Below, one piece after another: positions 47,360-55,690 of a stretch of 55,831 nucleotides of DNA. Location of the stretch: contig JBEKLA010000001.1 in assembly GCA_050010455.1 (NCBI GenBank), forward strand, positions 1-55,831, in the 5' to 3' direction. The translations under genes were made by a program, and so were the position numbers. The DNA is from Candidatus Binataceae bacterium (GTDB lineage Bacteria > Desulfobacterota > Binatia > Binatales > Binataceae). The notes below the pieces were generated by a model. It was not told the DNA's origin. It saw only the letters and a program-made list of their open reading frames with translations, and made no database searches. How positions within the stretch are numbered: position 1 is the first letter of the stretch; every line of letters starts with the position of its first letter.

Positions 47360-47436
47360 TGGTTGCGGGGGAAGGATTTGAACCTTCGACCTCCGGGTTA
47401 TGAGCCCGGCGAGCTACCTGACTGCTCCACCCCGCC
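47360..47436 (-). tRNA. tRNA-Met (CAT), initiator type (tRNA-fMet)
   Basis: The reverse complement is GGCGGGGTGGAGCAGTCAGGTAGCTCGCCGGGCTCATAACCCGGAGGTCGAAGGTTCAAATCCTTCCCCCGCAACCA. It folds as a cloverleaf. Three G:C pairs close the anticodon stem, A11:U24 is present, and 1:72 is unpaired (G1/A72). CCA is encoded. It is near-identical in layout to E. coli tRNA-fMet. Confidence 0.93.
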
Positions 47437-47510
47437 CGTGCATACTATCCGCCGCTTGCACGGGTGGTCAACGGCATTCCTTGCCGACGCGGCCGCGGCG
47501 TGGAATGCCG

Positions 47511-47690
47511 TCAGTCGGCCAGGATGCGGATGTTGCAGTCGCGATGGACGCGGCCGAAGTCGATCACTTCCTTCTCGATCGCGCTCGCGTTGGGTTTGCT
47601 GTCGGTGAACATGTTTTGCTTGGCGGCGGCGGGATCCATGCCGTCCGCTTCGACCGAGACGTTGTGATCATCGCAAATGATAAAGGCCAT
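47511..47690 (-). CDS. Hypothetical small acidic protein (59 aa)
   Basis: ATG 47690 lies 7 nt after aaggag. Third-position GC is high throughout. The sequence is MAFIICDDHNVSVEADGMDPAAAKQNMFTDSKPNASAIEKEVIDFGRVHRDCNIRILAD, with no motif I recognise. Confidence 0.5.
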   Translation of the reverse strand: MAFIICDDHNVSVEADGMDPAAAKQNMFTDSKPNASAIEKEVIDFGRVHRDCNIRILAD

Positions 47691-47839
47691 CCATCGAACT
47701 CCTTGGGGCTCCAACCTACCGCAAGCGAATAGTGATGTCAGCAGCCGCCACGCAGGGCCAATGACGAGCCTGCGGCTTTAGGCGCGCCGCGCCTTTTGTG
47801 GTATCGATCCGTCAAGTCCAACAGCGCAAGGGCAATCTC

Positions 47840-49000
47840 ATGAGTTTAAAAAACAAGGCGGCCGCGATCGGCATCGGCGAGCTCAAGCCGCTCAAGGAGC
47901 CGGGCGAAGCAACCACCGCGCTGGGCCTGATGGCGGACGTTGCCGCGGAGGCGATCGCGGATGCCGAGCTGGAAAAGGCGGATATCGACGGCTTCCTGGT
48001 CGGGATGCCGTTCAACGACCCGGGGATGATCTATCCGGCGGCGGCAGCCGAGGTGCTCGGGCTTAAGCCCCGGATGCTGAACGTCGTCGATATCGGCGGC
48101 GCCAGTCCGGCCGGGATGGTGTGGCGGGCGGCGGCGGCGATCGACGCCGGATTGTGTGAGGCGGTGCTGTGCCTGGCCGCGGATATCAACGCGGCCGGCG
48201 ACGTGCGTCCCCCGACCATATCGGTACAGCGCGAGTTCGAAGCGCCCTACGGCAATATCGGCGCCAACTGCGGCTACGCGATGATCGCGCGCCGCCACAT
48301 GTTCGAGTTCGGCACCAAGCCGGAGCAGATGGCGAAGGTCGCGGTCGATCAGCGCGCCAACGCGCTCAAGAATCCGCTCGCGATGTTCAATCAGAAGCCG
48401 CTCACGATCGAGGAAGTGCTGGGCTCGCGCCTGATCGTAGATCCGCTGCACATCTACGAGATCGTAAGTCCCGTGACCGGCGGCGAGGCGTTGATCGTCG
48501 CTTCACCGGAGGTCGCCAGGCGCGCCAGGAATCCGCCGATATGGCTGCTGGGCGCGGGCGAGGCCGCCCATCATTCGAGTATCACTTACGCGCCGTCGAT
48601 TACTCATTCGCCGGTGAAGCTATCGGCCGAGAACGCATTTAAGATGGCCGGCCTCGATCGCAAAGACATGGATTTGGTCTGCCCCTATGACTGTTACACG
48701 ATCACCGTGATCGTGACGCTCGAAGACGCCGGCTTCTGCAAGAAGGGACAGGGCGGCCCGTTCGTGATGGATCACGATCTGACTTACGCCGGTGATTTCC
48801 CCTGCAACACTCACGGCGGGCAACTATCTTTCGGCCAGGCCGGATTGGCGGGCGGCATGAGTCAGGTCACCGAAGCGATCCGCCAATTGATGGGCCGCGG
48901 CGGCGAGCGCCAGGTCAAGAACGCCGCGCGCGCCTTCGTGCAAGGCAACGGCGGCATTATGAGCGAGCAGGTAAGTTTGGTCCTGGAGCGGCGATCATGA
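47840..49000 (+). CDS. Thiolase-like protein (SCP-x/DUF35-associated type)
   Basis: It has a thiolase-fold pattern with the C-terminal NTHGGQLSFGQAGLAGGM. It overlaps the downstream DUF35 gene by 4 nt, which is the classic pairing. Confidence 0.85.
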   Translation: MSLKNKAAAIGIGELKPLKEPGEATTALGLMADVAAEAIADAELEKADIDGFLVGMPFNDPGMIYPAAAAEVLGLKPRMLNVVDIGGASPAGMVWRAAAAIDAGLCEAVLCLAADINAAGDVRPPTISVQREFEAPYGNIGANCGYAMIARRHMFEFGTKPEQMAKVAVDQRANALKNPLAMFNQKPLTIEEVLGSRLIVDPLHIYEIVSPVTGGEALIVASPEVARRARNPPIWLLGAGEAAHHSSITYAPSITHSPVKLSAENAFKMAGLDRKDMDLVCPYDCYTITVIVTLEDAGFCKKGQGGPFVMDHDLTYAGDFPCNTHGGQLSFGQAGLAGGMSQVTEAIRQLMGRGGERQVKNAARAFVQGNGGIMSEQVSLVLERRS

Positions 49001-49398
49001 GCGAATATCTGAAACCTCTACCCAAACCCTCGCCGACCTCGCGTCCGTTCTGGGACGCGGCGAAGCGTCACGAGCTGATGCTGCAGCGATGCGGTGCGTG
49101 CGGCAAGTTTATCTATTATCCGCGGCCGCGATGCCCGCATTGTTTTTCGGATCGGCTGGAATGGAATCGATGCAGCGGCAAGGGCAAGCTTTACAGCTTC
49201 ACCGTGGTGCGGCGCGCCGCAAGCCGTGCCTTCGCCGACGCGCCCTACGTGCTCGCGATCGTGGAACTCGACGAAGGGCCGCGCATGACGACCAATATCG
49301 CGGCGCCGCCGGAGCAACTGCGCGTCGATATGCCCGTGACGGTGTTCTTCGACGACGTCACGCCCGACCGGACGCTGGTGAAGTTCAAACCCGCGTAG
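48997..49398 (+). CDS. Zn-ribbon/OB-fold protein (DUF35)
   Basis: It has CGACGKFIYYPRPRCPHCFS (rubredoxin-like ribbon) followed by an OB-fold segment (GKLYSFTVV). Confidence 0.85.
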   Translation: MSEYLKPLPKPSPTSRPFWDAAKRHELMLQRCGACGKFIYYPRPRCPHCFSDRLEWNRCSGKGKLYSFTVVRRAASRAFADAPYVLAIVELDEGPRMTTNIAAPPEQLRVDMPVTVFFDDVTPDRTLVKFKPA

Positions 49399-49432
49399 GC
49401 CGGGCGGCGGCAGCGATCGCGGCAAGCCGCGA

Positions 49433-50104
49433 TCAGGCGAGCAGCACCGCGACGATTCCGGTCAGGAAGATTCCGTCAAACGTGCCGGCGCCGCCGATCG
49501 ACGCCACCGGCGCGCCGAGATCGCCGAGCTTGTTAAGATTGGCGAGGTCGGCTCCGATCAGGGTGCCGATCGTGCCGCTCACGTAAGCGACCGTGCCCGG
49601 CTGCTCTCCCCCGAGCAGATAAGCGGCCAGCGCCGCGACGATCGGAGGTATCAGCATCGGAGTGGCGATTCCCAAACCACGAATCGGGCGCGCGAATCGA
49701 TTCACCACCACGGCGACGATCGCGATCGCGAGCATCGCCTGCATCACCATCTGCGGCTGATTGGCCAGCAAATAGAGGCTGACCAGCACCGGCACGACCG
49801 CTCCGCCTAGGTTGATCGCCAGCACCGTCGAGGAATCCGCGACCTGCGCCGGCACCCGATAGCTCACGCCGAAGTAGTTCACCACTTCTTCCGGATGCCG
49901 GGCGCCGCCCTCGATTCGCGACACCGGAATATTGATGTAGCTGCCGATGAGACTCGCGAGCAGCGCGCCGAAGGCCAGATGCGCCGGCAAGCCCGCGCGC
50001 TCGAAAGCGTAGTTGATGATGCCGATCTCGATCATCCCGAACAGGAACGCGAGCGCGAAGAAGAACAGGATCGACCAAATCAGGATGAACGGCGCGAAGA
50101 ACAT
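49433..50104 (-). CDS. Integral membrane protein, probably DUF1614
   Basis: It has about six hydrophobic segments. INLGGAVVPVLVSLYLL resembles the DUF1614 N.GGA.IP motif, recalled from memory. Confidence 0.5.
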   Translation of the reverse strand: MFFAPFILIWSILFFFALAFLFGMIEIGIINYAFERAGLPAHLAFGALLASLIGSYINIPVSRIEGGARHPEEVVNYFGVSYRVPAQVADSSTVLAINLGGAVVPVLVSLYLLANQPQMVMQAMLAIAIVAVVVNRFARPIRGLGIATPMLIPPIVAALAAYLLGGEQPGTVAYVSGTIGTLIGADLANLNKLGDLGAPVASIGGAGTFDGIFLTGIVAVLLA

Positions 50105-50259
50105 CGGCCGATAATACCCCCGATACCGTTGTCAGCTCAAAGCGATACGGGCTGGTCCGGCGTGATTGGATCGACTCTGCGGCGTTTGCGAGCAGCGCCC
50201 GTCGCGTGCGTATAATGGCGCCCGAATCGAAGACTGGTTGAAATCGAGCAGGGGAGCCA

Positions 50260-51129
50260 ATGGCTGTGTTGAATCGATATCTGAACCGATGCGCGCTTGT
50301 TCTCGCCTTAGTCGCGCCGGCAGCGATCGCCGGATGCGCGCAGATGCCGTGGCAAGGGTCCGCGAATACTCCGACGGAAGCTTCCGCCGTCAATCTTGCC
50401 GATTTGCAGAGCATGGTCGCCGCGGACCATCAGGCGATTGTGCAACTGACCGAGCGCAATCGGCAATTGGAAGAACAGGTCAAACAGCTCAGCGAACACG
50501 CCGCGGTCGCTCCGGCCGGCGGCGAGGCCAACGAGGGCCGTATCGCGACTATCAACCAGCGCCTGAGCAAGCTCGAAAGCGCTTCGACCGCCGTGCAAAC
50601 CACGCTCTCGCGTGCGATCGGACGAGCGGTCCGGCCCGTCTCGGTGGGCGCGGAAGAACCGGTGCCCCTGCCCTCGTACGACGTCCTGCTCGACCACGAG
50701 ATCGGCCTCACCGAGGGAGAGCATCGGCAACAAGGCGCGGATCAGCTCTATCGCGACGGGCTGATCGGGCTGCGCGGTTTTCGCTGGGCGACGGCGATCG
50801 AAAGTTTCGACGCGCTGGAAAAGAGGTATCCGAGGGCGGCGACAATCGAACGCGCGCGGTATTTTTCCGCGATCGCCTACTACCAGGATGGCAAGTACGA
50901 TCAGGCGATCGTGAAGTTTCGCAACTTCATAAGCCGTTACCCGAAAAGCAATCTCACCAGCACCGCGGAGCTGAATCTGGCGTTGTGCTACGTGCAGGTT
51001 AAGGACCAGGGAGACGCGCGCGCCGTGCTGAAAAAAATCGTAACCAATTATCCCGCAACGTCGGAAGCGACGGTCGCGCGCGCGACGCTCAAGGACATCG
51101 AACCGGCATCGGCGGAGGCCCACAAGTAG
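50260..51129 (+). CDS. CpoB/YbgF-like TPR lipoprotein
   Basis: The lipobox is LALVAPAAIAGCAQ. An N-terminal coiled coil (IVQLTERNRQLEEQVKQL) is followed by C-terminal TPR repeats typical of YbgF (YFSAIAYYQDGKYDQAIVKFRNFISRYPKS). No tol-pal genes are adjacent. Confidence 0.65.
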   Translation: MAVLNRYLNRCALVLALVAPAAIAGCAQMPWQGSANTPTEASAVNLADLQSMVAADHQAIVQLTERNRQLEEQVKQLSEHAAVAPAGGEANEGRIATINQRLSKLESASTAVQTTLSRAIGRAVRPVSVGAEEPVPLPSYDVLLDHEIGLTEGEHRQQGADQLYRDGLIGLRGFRWATAIESFDALEKRYPRAATIERARYFSAIAYYQDGKYDQAIVKFRNFISRYPKSNLTSTAELNLALCYVQVKDQGDARAVLKKIVTNYPATSEATVARATLKDIEPASAEAHK

Positions 51130-51174
51130 CCGGCTCGCGACTGAGCTTCAGCGATAACATCCGATGAAAATCCG

Positions 51175-51729
51175 ATGAACACCAACGACCGCCAGGCACT
51201 GCTCGAACTGCTCGCGCGCGAGTCGTATATCGAACGCAAACTCACCCTCGCCTCGGGGCGCGCGTCGGATTACTACATCGACTGCAAGCGGACGCTCTAT
51301 CTTCCGGAGGGCGCCCATTTCGCCGGCGAACTGATGCTCGAGTTGATCGTCGCGAATCGGATCGAACAGCTCGGCGGGATGGCGGCGGGAGCGCTGCCGA
51401 TAACTGACGCGATAATCGGCGCGGCATTCCGCCACGGCGCGGACGTCACCGGATTTTTTGTGCGCAAGGAAATCAAACCGCACGGCACTCAGCAGCGTAT
51501 CGAAGGCGCTTTTCGCGCCGCGCGGCGCACCGCGGTGATCGACGACACCATCACGACCGGCGGCTCCAGTCTCGAAGCCGCAAGCGCGATAACGGCGGCG
51601 GGCGGCACCGTGGCGGCGGCATTCGCGCTCGTCGATCGCGGCGAAGGCGCACGCGAGGCGTTCGCCGGCCACGGCCTCGAGTACTTCTATCTCTTCACCG
51701 CCGACGAAGTGCGCGCGGCGCGCAAGTGA
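51175..51729 (+). CDS. pyrE: Orotate phosphoribosyltransferase
   Basis: It has LASGRASDYYIDCK and the PRPP-binding motif AVIDDTITTGGS. Confidence 0.92.
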   Translation: MNTNDRQALLELLARESYIERKLTLASGRASDYYIDCKRTLYLPEGAHFAGELMLELIVANRIEQLGGMAAGALPITDAIIGAAFRHGADVTGFFVRKEIKPHGTQQRIEGAFRAARRTAVIDDTITTGGSSLEAASAITAAGGTVAAAFALVDRGEGAREAFAGHGLEYFYLFTADEVRAARK

Positions 51730-51730
51730 T

Positions 51731-52615
51731 ATGGCCCGCATGCCCGAACCGGGCGCGCTCACGATAACCGGGCGCTCTCTGATCACCGGAATCTTTGGCG
51801 ACCCGGTCGAGCATTCGCAGTCGCCCGCGATGCACAACGCGGCCTACGCCGCGCTCGGCGTCGATCGCGTGTACGTGCCGTTTCACGTTATCCCCGAGAA
51901 TCTGGCTTCCGCGATTCGCGCGATTCCCGCTCTCGGAATCCTCGGCGTCAACGTCACGGTGCCGCACAAGGAGCACGCGGCGCGCCTGATACCGCATCTC
52001 AGCGCCGAGGCCAGGATGCTCGGCGCGGTCAACTGTATCGTGAATCGGAAATCGGGGGTTTACGGCGATAACACCGACGCGCGCGGATTGGAACTCGCGA
52101 TGCGCGAGCTGAAAGTGACGATCGGCTCGGACCGTTGCGTGATCATAATCGGTGCCGGAGGAGGCGCAGCCGCCGCGGTGATAGCGAGCAAGCGACTGGG
52201 CGCGCGGCGAATCGTGATCGCGAATCGAACGCGCCGGCGCGCGGTCGCGCTCGCACGGCGATTTGCCAAGTCCAAAATCGAGGTATGCGATCTCGGCGCG
52301 CTGCTCGATCGCGATCTGCTCGGCGCCGCCGCGATCGTTTTCAACGCGACATCGGCGGGCCTTGGGCAAGGCGGCTTTCCCGCGCTCGATTATCAGGCGA
52401 CACCCGCCGATTGTGTGTTTTACGATCTGCTTTACGCGCGGGCGCCGGGCGACTTTCTGCAACCGGCGCTCGATCTCGGCCGGACGGCCGCAGACGGCGC
52501 CCTGATGCTGCTGCATCAGGGCGTGCTCGCCTTCAAGCTGTTCAATCGGATGGCCGCGCCCGCCGACGTGATGCGCGCGGCGCTGTTCGAGCGCCTCGGC
52601 CGCGCTATCGGCTGA
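51731..52615 (+). CDS. aroE: Shikimate dehydrogenase
   Basis: It has GIFGDPVEHSQSPAMHNAAY, NVTVPHK, GDNTDARG and IIGAGGGAAAAV. Confidence 0.9.
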   Translation: MARMPEPGALTITGRSLITGIFGDPVEHSQSPAMHNAAYAALGVDRVYVPFHVIPENLASAIRAIPALGILGVNVTVPHKEHAARLIPHLSAEARMLGAVNCIVNRKSGVYGDNTDARGLELAMRELKVTIGSDRCVIIIGAGGGAAAAVIASKRLGARRIVIANRTRRRAVALARRFAKSKIEVCDLGALLDRDLLGAAAIVFNATSAGLGQGGFPALDYQATPADCVFYDLLYARAPGDFLQPALDLGRTAADGALMLLHQGVLAFKLFNRMAAPADVMRAALFERLGRAIG

Positions 52616-52621
52616 ATCGCG

Positions 52622-53020
52622 TCAGCCGACCTTCACCTCGATACGGCGCGGTTTCGCCGCTTCGGCCTTGGGCAACTCCAGTTCGAGCACTCCGTCCTTC
52701 ATCTTCGCGCTGATTTTCGATTCGTCCAGCGTCTCGCCGAGTTCGAACTGACGAAAATAGTTGCCCACGTTGTACTCGGTGTATAGCGGCGACAGGTCCT
52801 GGTACATATCGAGAACAACCTTGCCCTCGATAGTCAGGACGCCGTTCTCGAGCGTCACGCCGACATCCTGGTCCTTGACGCCGGGCATGTCGGCGCGCAG
52901 ATGGATCGCTTCGACCCCTTCGTAAATATCGACGTCGGGCAGGAAATAGCGCCCCGCGCGCGTCTTCTCTTGTCCCTGCACCTGCTGCTTTTCGCGAGCG
53001 GAGAGTTCTTGCGCAGTCAT
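52622..53020 (-). CDS. Hsp20/alpha-crystallin small heat-shock protein
   Basis: The alpha-crystallin domain includes DVDIYEGVEAIHLRADMPGVK, LENGVLTIEG and DGVLELELPK. Confidence 0.9.
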   Translation of the reverse strand: MTAQELSAREKQQVQGQEKTRAGRYFLPDVDIYEGVEAIHLRADMPGVKDQDVGVTLENGVLTIEGKVVLDMYQDLSPLYTEYNVGNYFRQFELGETLDESKISAKMKDGVLELELPKAEAAKPRRIEVKVG

Positions 53021-53034
53021 GATTTTCGACCTCC

Positions 53035-53484
53035 TTAACGCCCGGCTTGGATCGTTATCTGGCGCGGCTTCGACTCTTCGGCCTTGGGCACGCGTACCAT
53101 CAGCAACCCGCCTTCGTATTTCGCGTCAGCCTTGCTCAGGTCGAGATCTTCGGGAAGCTGGATCGAGCGGGAGAATTTGCCCACCGGCCGCTCGCGCCGA
53201 TGGTAGCTGTCCCGCTCCTTGGGCTCGTCGCCCTTGCGCTCGCCGCTAATCGTCAGGCTGCGGCCGTGCGACGACAGGGTCAGGGATTTGAGATCGAGTC
53301 CCGGAGCTTCGGCGATCACCAGCACGCTGTCCTTATCGGCGAAAACGTTGATCGGAGGGAATTCACCATAGGCCGACAGGCCCAGGCTATAGTTCGGATT
53401 ACGCAGGAAACGCTCGAGCTCTTGCTGTAACGAAAGCAGGCCGCTCGCCGGACCGAGGTCAGACCGGAATCGCAATAGAGCCAT
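53035..53484 (-). CDS. Hsp20/alpha-crystallin small heat-shock protein
   Basis: It has PPINVFADKDSVLVIAEAPGLD, FSRSIQLPEDLD and GGLLMVRVPK. Confidence 0.9.
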   Translation of the reverse strand: MALLRFRSDLGPASGLLSLQQELERFLRNPNYSLGLSAYGEFPPINVFADKDSVLVIAEAPGLDLKSLTLSSHGRSLTISGERKGDEPKERDSYHRRERPVGKFSRSIQLPEDLDLSKADAKYEGGLLMVRVPKAEESKPRQITIQAGR

Positions 53485-53540
53485 CTCGCATTACCTCCTG
53501 TGAGAATCGCGCGGGCCGGTTGGCAAATCCGCGCTCTAAC

Positions 53541-53568
53541 AACATAAGCACGCCCTGCCGTCCGTCAA
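53541..53568 (-). promoter_or_regulatory. Candidate promoter for the hsp20 pair
   Basis: The minus strand reads TTGACG (53568-53563), a 16-nt spacer, then TATGTT (53546-53541). This is about 55 nt upstream of the ATG. It is sequence resemblance only. Confidence 0.3.
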
Positions 53569-53606
53569 GTTGTAGGAATGGAATCCGGCGCAAAATCGCC
53601 GCACGC

Positions 53607-53635
53607 TTGACAAGCGACAATTGACGCTTTACAAA
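53607..53635 (+). promoter_or_regulatory. Candidate higBA promoter implying a near-leaderless transcript
   Basis: TTGACA (53607-53612), a 17-nt spacer, then TACAAA (53630-53635). The higB ATG is at 53646. The repeated ttgac motifs could be operator half-sites. Confidence 0.35.
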
Positions 53636-53645
53636 TTTACAATAG

Positions 53646-53924
53646 ATGATTCGGCGCTTCCGTCACCGCGGCCTGGAACGCTTTTACGCAAACGACGATC
53701 GCCGCGGTTTGAACGCGGAACACGCCGATAAGATCGGTCGCATACTGGCGTTCTTGGACCGCGCCGCGCGGCCCGAGGACATGAAGCTTCCGGGTTTCAG
53801 CTTGCACCCGCTCAAGGGCGACCTCGCGGGCTACTGGAGCGTTACTGTCCGAGCCAACTGGCGCATTATTTTCCGGTTCGAGAACGGTGACGTAACCGAC
53901 GCTGATTTGATCGATTATCACTGA
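53646..53924 (+). CDS. higB: HigB-type toxin (RelE/ParE superfamily, plasmid maintenance killer protein)
   Basis: It has [10 protein letters not shown], a C-terminal [30 protein letters not shown] and DLIDYH. Confidence 0.88.
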   Translation: MIRRFRHRGLERFYANDDRRGLNAEHADKIGRILAFLDRAARPEDMKLPGFSLHPLKGDLAGYWSVTVRANWRIIFRFENGDVTDADLIDYH

Positions 53925-53938
53925 ACGGAGAGTGCGAT

Positions 53939-54250
53939 ATGGCGATGAGGAATCCGCCGCATCCGGGATTGAGCATCCGGCACGATTGCCTGGAGCCGCT
54001 GGGCCTGACCGTCACCGAAGCCGCGAAGGCGCTCGGCGTTACGCGCCAGGCCCTTAATAATCTCCTCAACGGCAAAAGCGGCATTTCGCCTGAGATGGCG
54101 GTTCGGCTGGCCAAGGCGTTCGGTAGCAGCGCCGAAACCTGGCTGGGCATCCAGATGGATTACGATCTCGCTCAGGTGCGCCGCCGCGAAAAAGAGATAA
54201 TCGTCAAACGGGTAAGCAACCCGTCCGATCCTGAAGCCCGCCACGCCTAA
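53939..54250 (+). CDS. higA: HigA-type antitoxin (XRE HTH)
   Basis: It has [70 protein letters not shown]. Confidence 0.88.
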   Translation: MAMRNPPHPGLSIRHDCLEPLGLTVTEAAKALGVTRQALNNLLNGKSGISPEMAVRLAKAFGSSAETWLGIQMDYDLAQVRRREKEIIVKRVSNPSDPEARHA

Positions 54251-54298
54251 TCGGACCTGGCGCGTGGGGCGCCGTGCTTCCGTCGCCTCGCTCAAGAC

Positions 54299-54397
54299 CG
54301 GCGCTTCCGTGATCGCGGCTTGAAACGCCTTTAGGCGAACGACGACCGCCGCGGTTTGAACGCGGAGCACGTCGATAAGATCGCCCGCGTGCCGGCG
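54299..54397 (+). pseudogene. Truncated 5' fragment of a second higB copy, with an in-frame stop
   Basis: These 99 nt align without gaps to higB 53652-53750, with about 15 mismatches by my count. The translation is [32 protein letters not shown]. There is no ATG, TAG replaces the Tyr codon, and similarity ends abruptly at 54397. Confidence 0.7.
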
Positions 54398-54514
54398 CAA
54401 GCTACCGTTGCTCTGTACCACTACACGACCTATATACTCAGTCACGGTTACGGCGGGAATAATCTATTCGAATACTTGTGGGCGAAGTACGGCTTCCAGG
54501 GGGCATCGAGTGCG

Positions 54515-55540
54515 ATGACAAAAAGGACAAGGATTTTACTTCTGTTGGCCGCGATGCTTGGGTTGAGCCTTAGTTCGCGGGTCGAGTCCGCGCAAGGGGT
54601 ATCGGTCGTATTAACCCTCAAGACTCAAGCCGCCGGGAACGGAGTCTCTCTCAGCCCCGACGCCAAGAAGCTTGCTTATGTGGGAGAGCCATTTGGTGCG
54701 CTGCATCTGGTTGACATCGCCTCAGGGAAGGATCTGGTTTTGCTCAGGGGGCTTGACGACGCTGAGTCGATAAATGAGTGCAGCCACCCATCGTTTTCCC
54801 CGGATGGTAAACGCATCGTGTTTTCGCTGGCTGGTCCGTCGTTGTCGTACCCCTCTGATATCTACTCGGTGAAATTAGATGGAACGGACCTCAAGCGGCT
54901 GACGCACTCGGCGATGGGCAGGGATACTAGATACGCTAACTATTACTATATGCCCAGATACTCTCCGGATGGCTCACAGATTCTGGTGTGGGGTGAAGAT
55001 CGCCAGAAGCCTGGTCCTGATACCTCCGTGGACGAGGAGAAACCGGATTCGGCCGTTATAATGTCGCCTGACGGCTCGCACATGCGCGTTGTGACCGAAG
55101 GCAAACCGCTGGGATGGGCCGCTTCGGGCAAAGCGATCTTTGTTGTTAGGGAAGAAGAGCGCGAGGAGGGCCTTATCAGGTACGTTGTTAGGTGCGACCT
55201 CACTTCAGGCAAGACTCAGGTCGTGAAGGGTATCGAGGGCGCACCTTTAGGCAAACTGCGCGCTGACGACACTTTCGCCGTCGACAACTACGGATGGCTG
55301 GGACTGGTGACAGTTTCAGCCGCGGCTACCGGCCCCATCCGTACTTTGCCGTTGCCAACGACGGCGAAGCTCGAGGTTGACGACTTGAAAGCCCTCCGTC
55401 CGAACGTGAAGCCAGAAGCGCTGTCTACTTTTGGCGCTTTGCAGCTGGAAGAGGTTAGCTCTGACATTTCTGGCTCTTACCTCGTGCTGGTTTACAGGGG
55501 CGATATAGCTGAAGTCACCCAAGTCGTGAAAATCAAGTAA
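54515..55540 (+). CDS. Secreted TolB/WD40-like beta-propeller repeat protein
   Basis: The signal peptide is MTKRTRILLLLAAMLGLSLSSRVESA. The SPDG propeller-blade motif recurs (PSFSPDGKRIVFS, PRYSPDGSQILVW, MSPDGSHMRVV). GC is lower. The track ORF start at 54356 lies inside the higB fragment and is rejected. Confidence 0.7.
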   Translation: MTKRTRILLLLAAMLGLSLSSRVESAQGVSVVLTLKTQAAGNGVSLSPDAKKLAYVGEPFGALHLVDIASGKDLVLLRGLDDAESINECSHPSFSPDGKRIVFSLAGPSLSYPSDIYSVKLDGTDLKRLTHSAMGRDTRYANYYYMPRYSPDGSQILVWGEDRQKPGPDTSVDEEKPDSAVIMSPDGSHMRVVTEGKPLGWAASGKAIFVVREEEREEGLIRYVVRCDLTSGKTQVVKGIEGAPLGKLRADDTFAVDNYGWLGLVTVSAAATGPIRTLPLPTTAKLEVDDLKALRPNVKPEALSTFGALQLEEVSSDISGSYLVLVYRGDIAEVTQVVKIK

Positions 55541-55613
55541 CTCGCGCGTTTTTTCCCTCTCCCGCATTGCGGAGCGAAATGGAAGTTGCGCAAGAGCAGC
55601 ATCAACGGCGCCT

Positions 55614-55690
55614 GTCATTCCGAGCGCAGCGAGGAATCCCGGCTTCCACCCGAGAATTTTTTCGGGATTCCTCGCGGCGCTCGGAATGAC
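55614..55690. repeat. REP-like palindromic element (27-bp arms)
   Basis: The left arm is gtcattccgagcgcagcgaggaatccc (55614-55640). The right arm is gggattcctcgcggcgctcggaatgac (55664-55690), with one mismatch. The loop contains gcttccaccc, which is also found at 11161-11170 (reverse complement). Confidence 0.8.

Noticed and set aside
46100-47700. Prophage or integrative element at the tRNA-fMet locus.
   Set aside because: There is no integrase, no phage genes, and no visible direct repeat of the tRNA 3' end. Only the small two-gene cassette is present, and it is reported as a possible remnant.
53485-53645. Search for a CIRCE (TTAGCACTC-N9-GAGTGCTAA) or ROSE-type heat-shock control element upstream of the hsp20 pair.
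   Set aside because: No match to the CIRCE inverted repeat was seen. Only a generic sigma70-like hexamer pair is present, and it is reported as a low-confidence promoter.
54356-54514. N-terminal extension of the beta-propeller ORF (MNAEHVDKIARVPAQ...).
   Set aside because: These codons belong to the higB relic and a spacer. The Sec signal peptide begins at the internal ATG at 54515.
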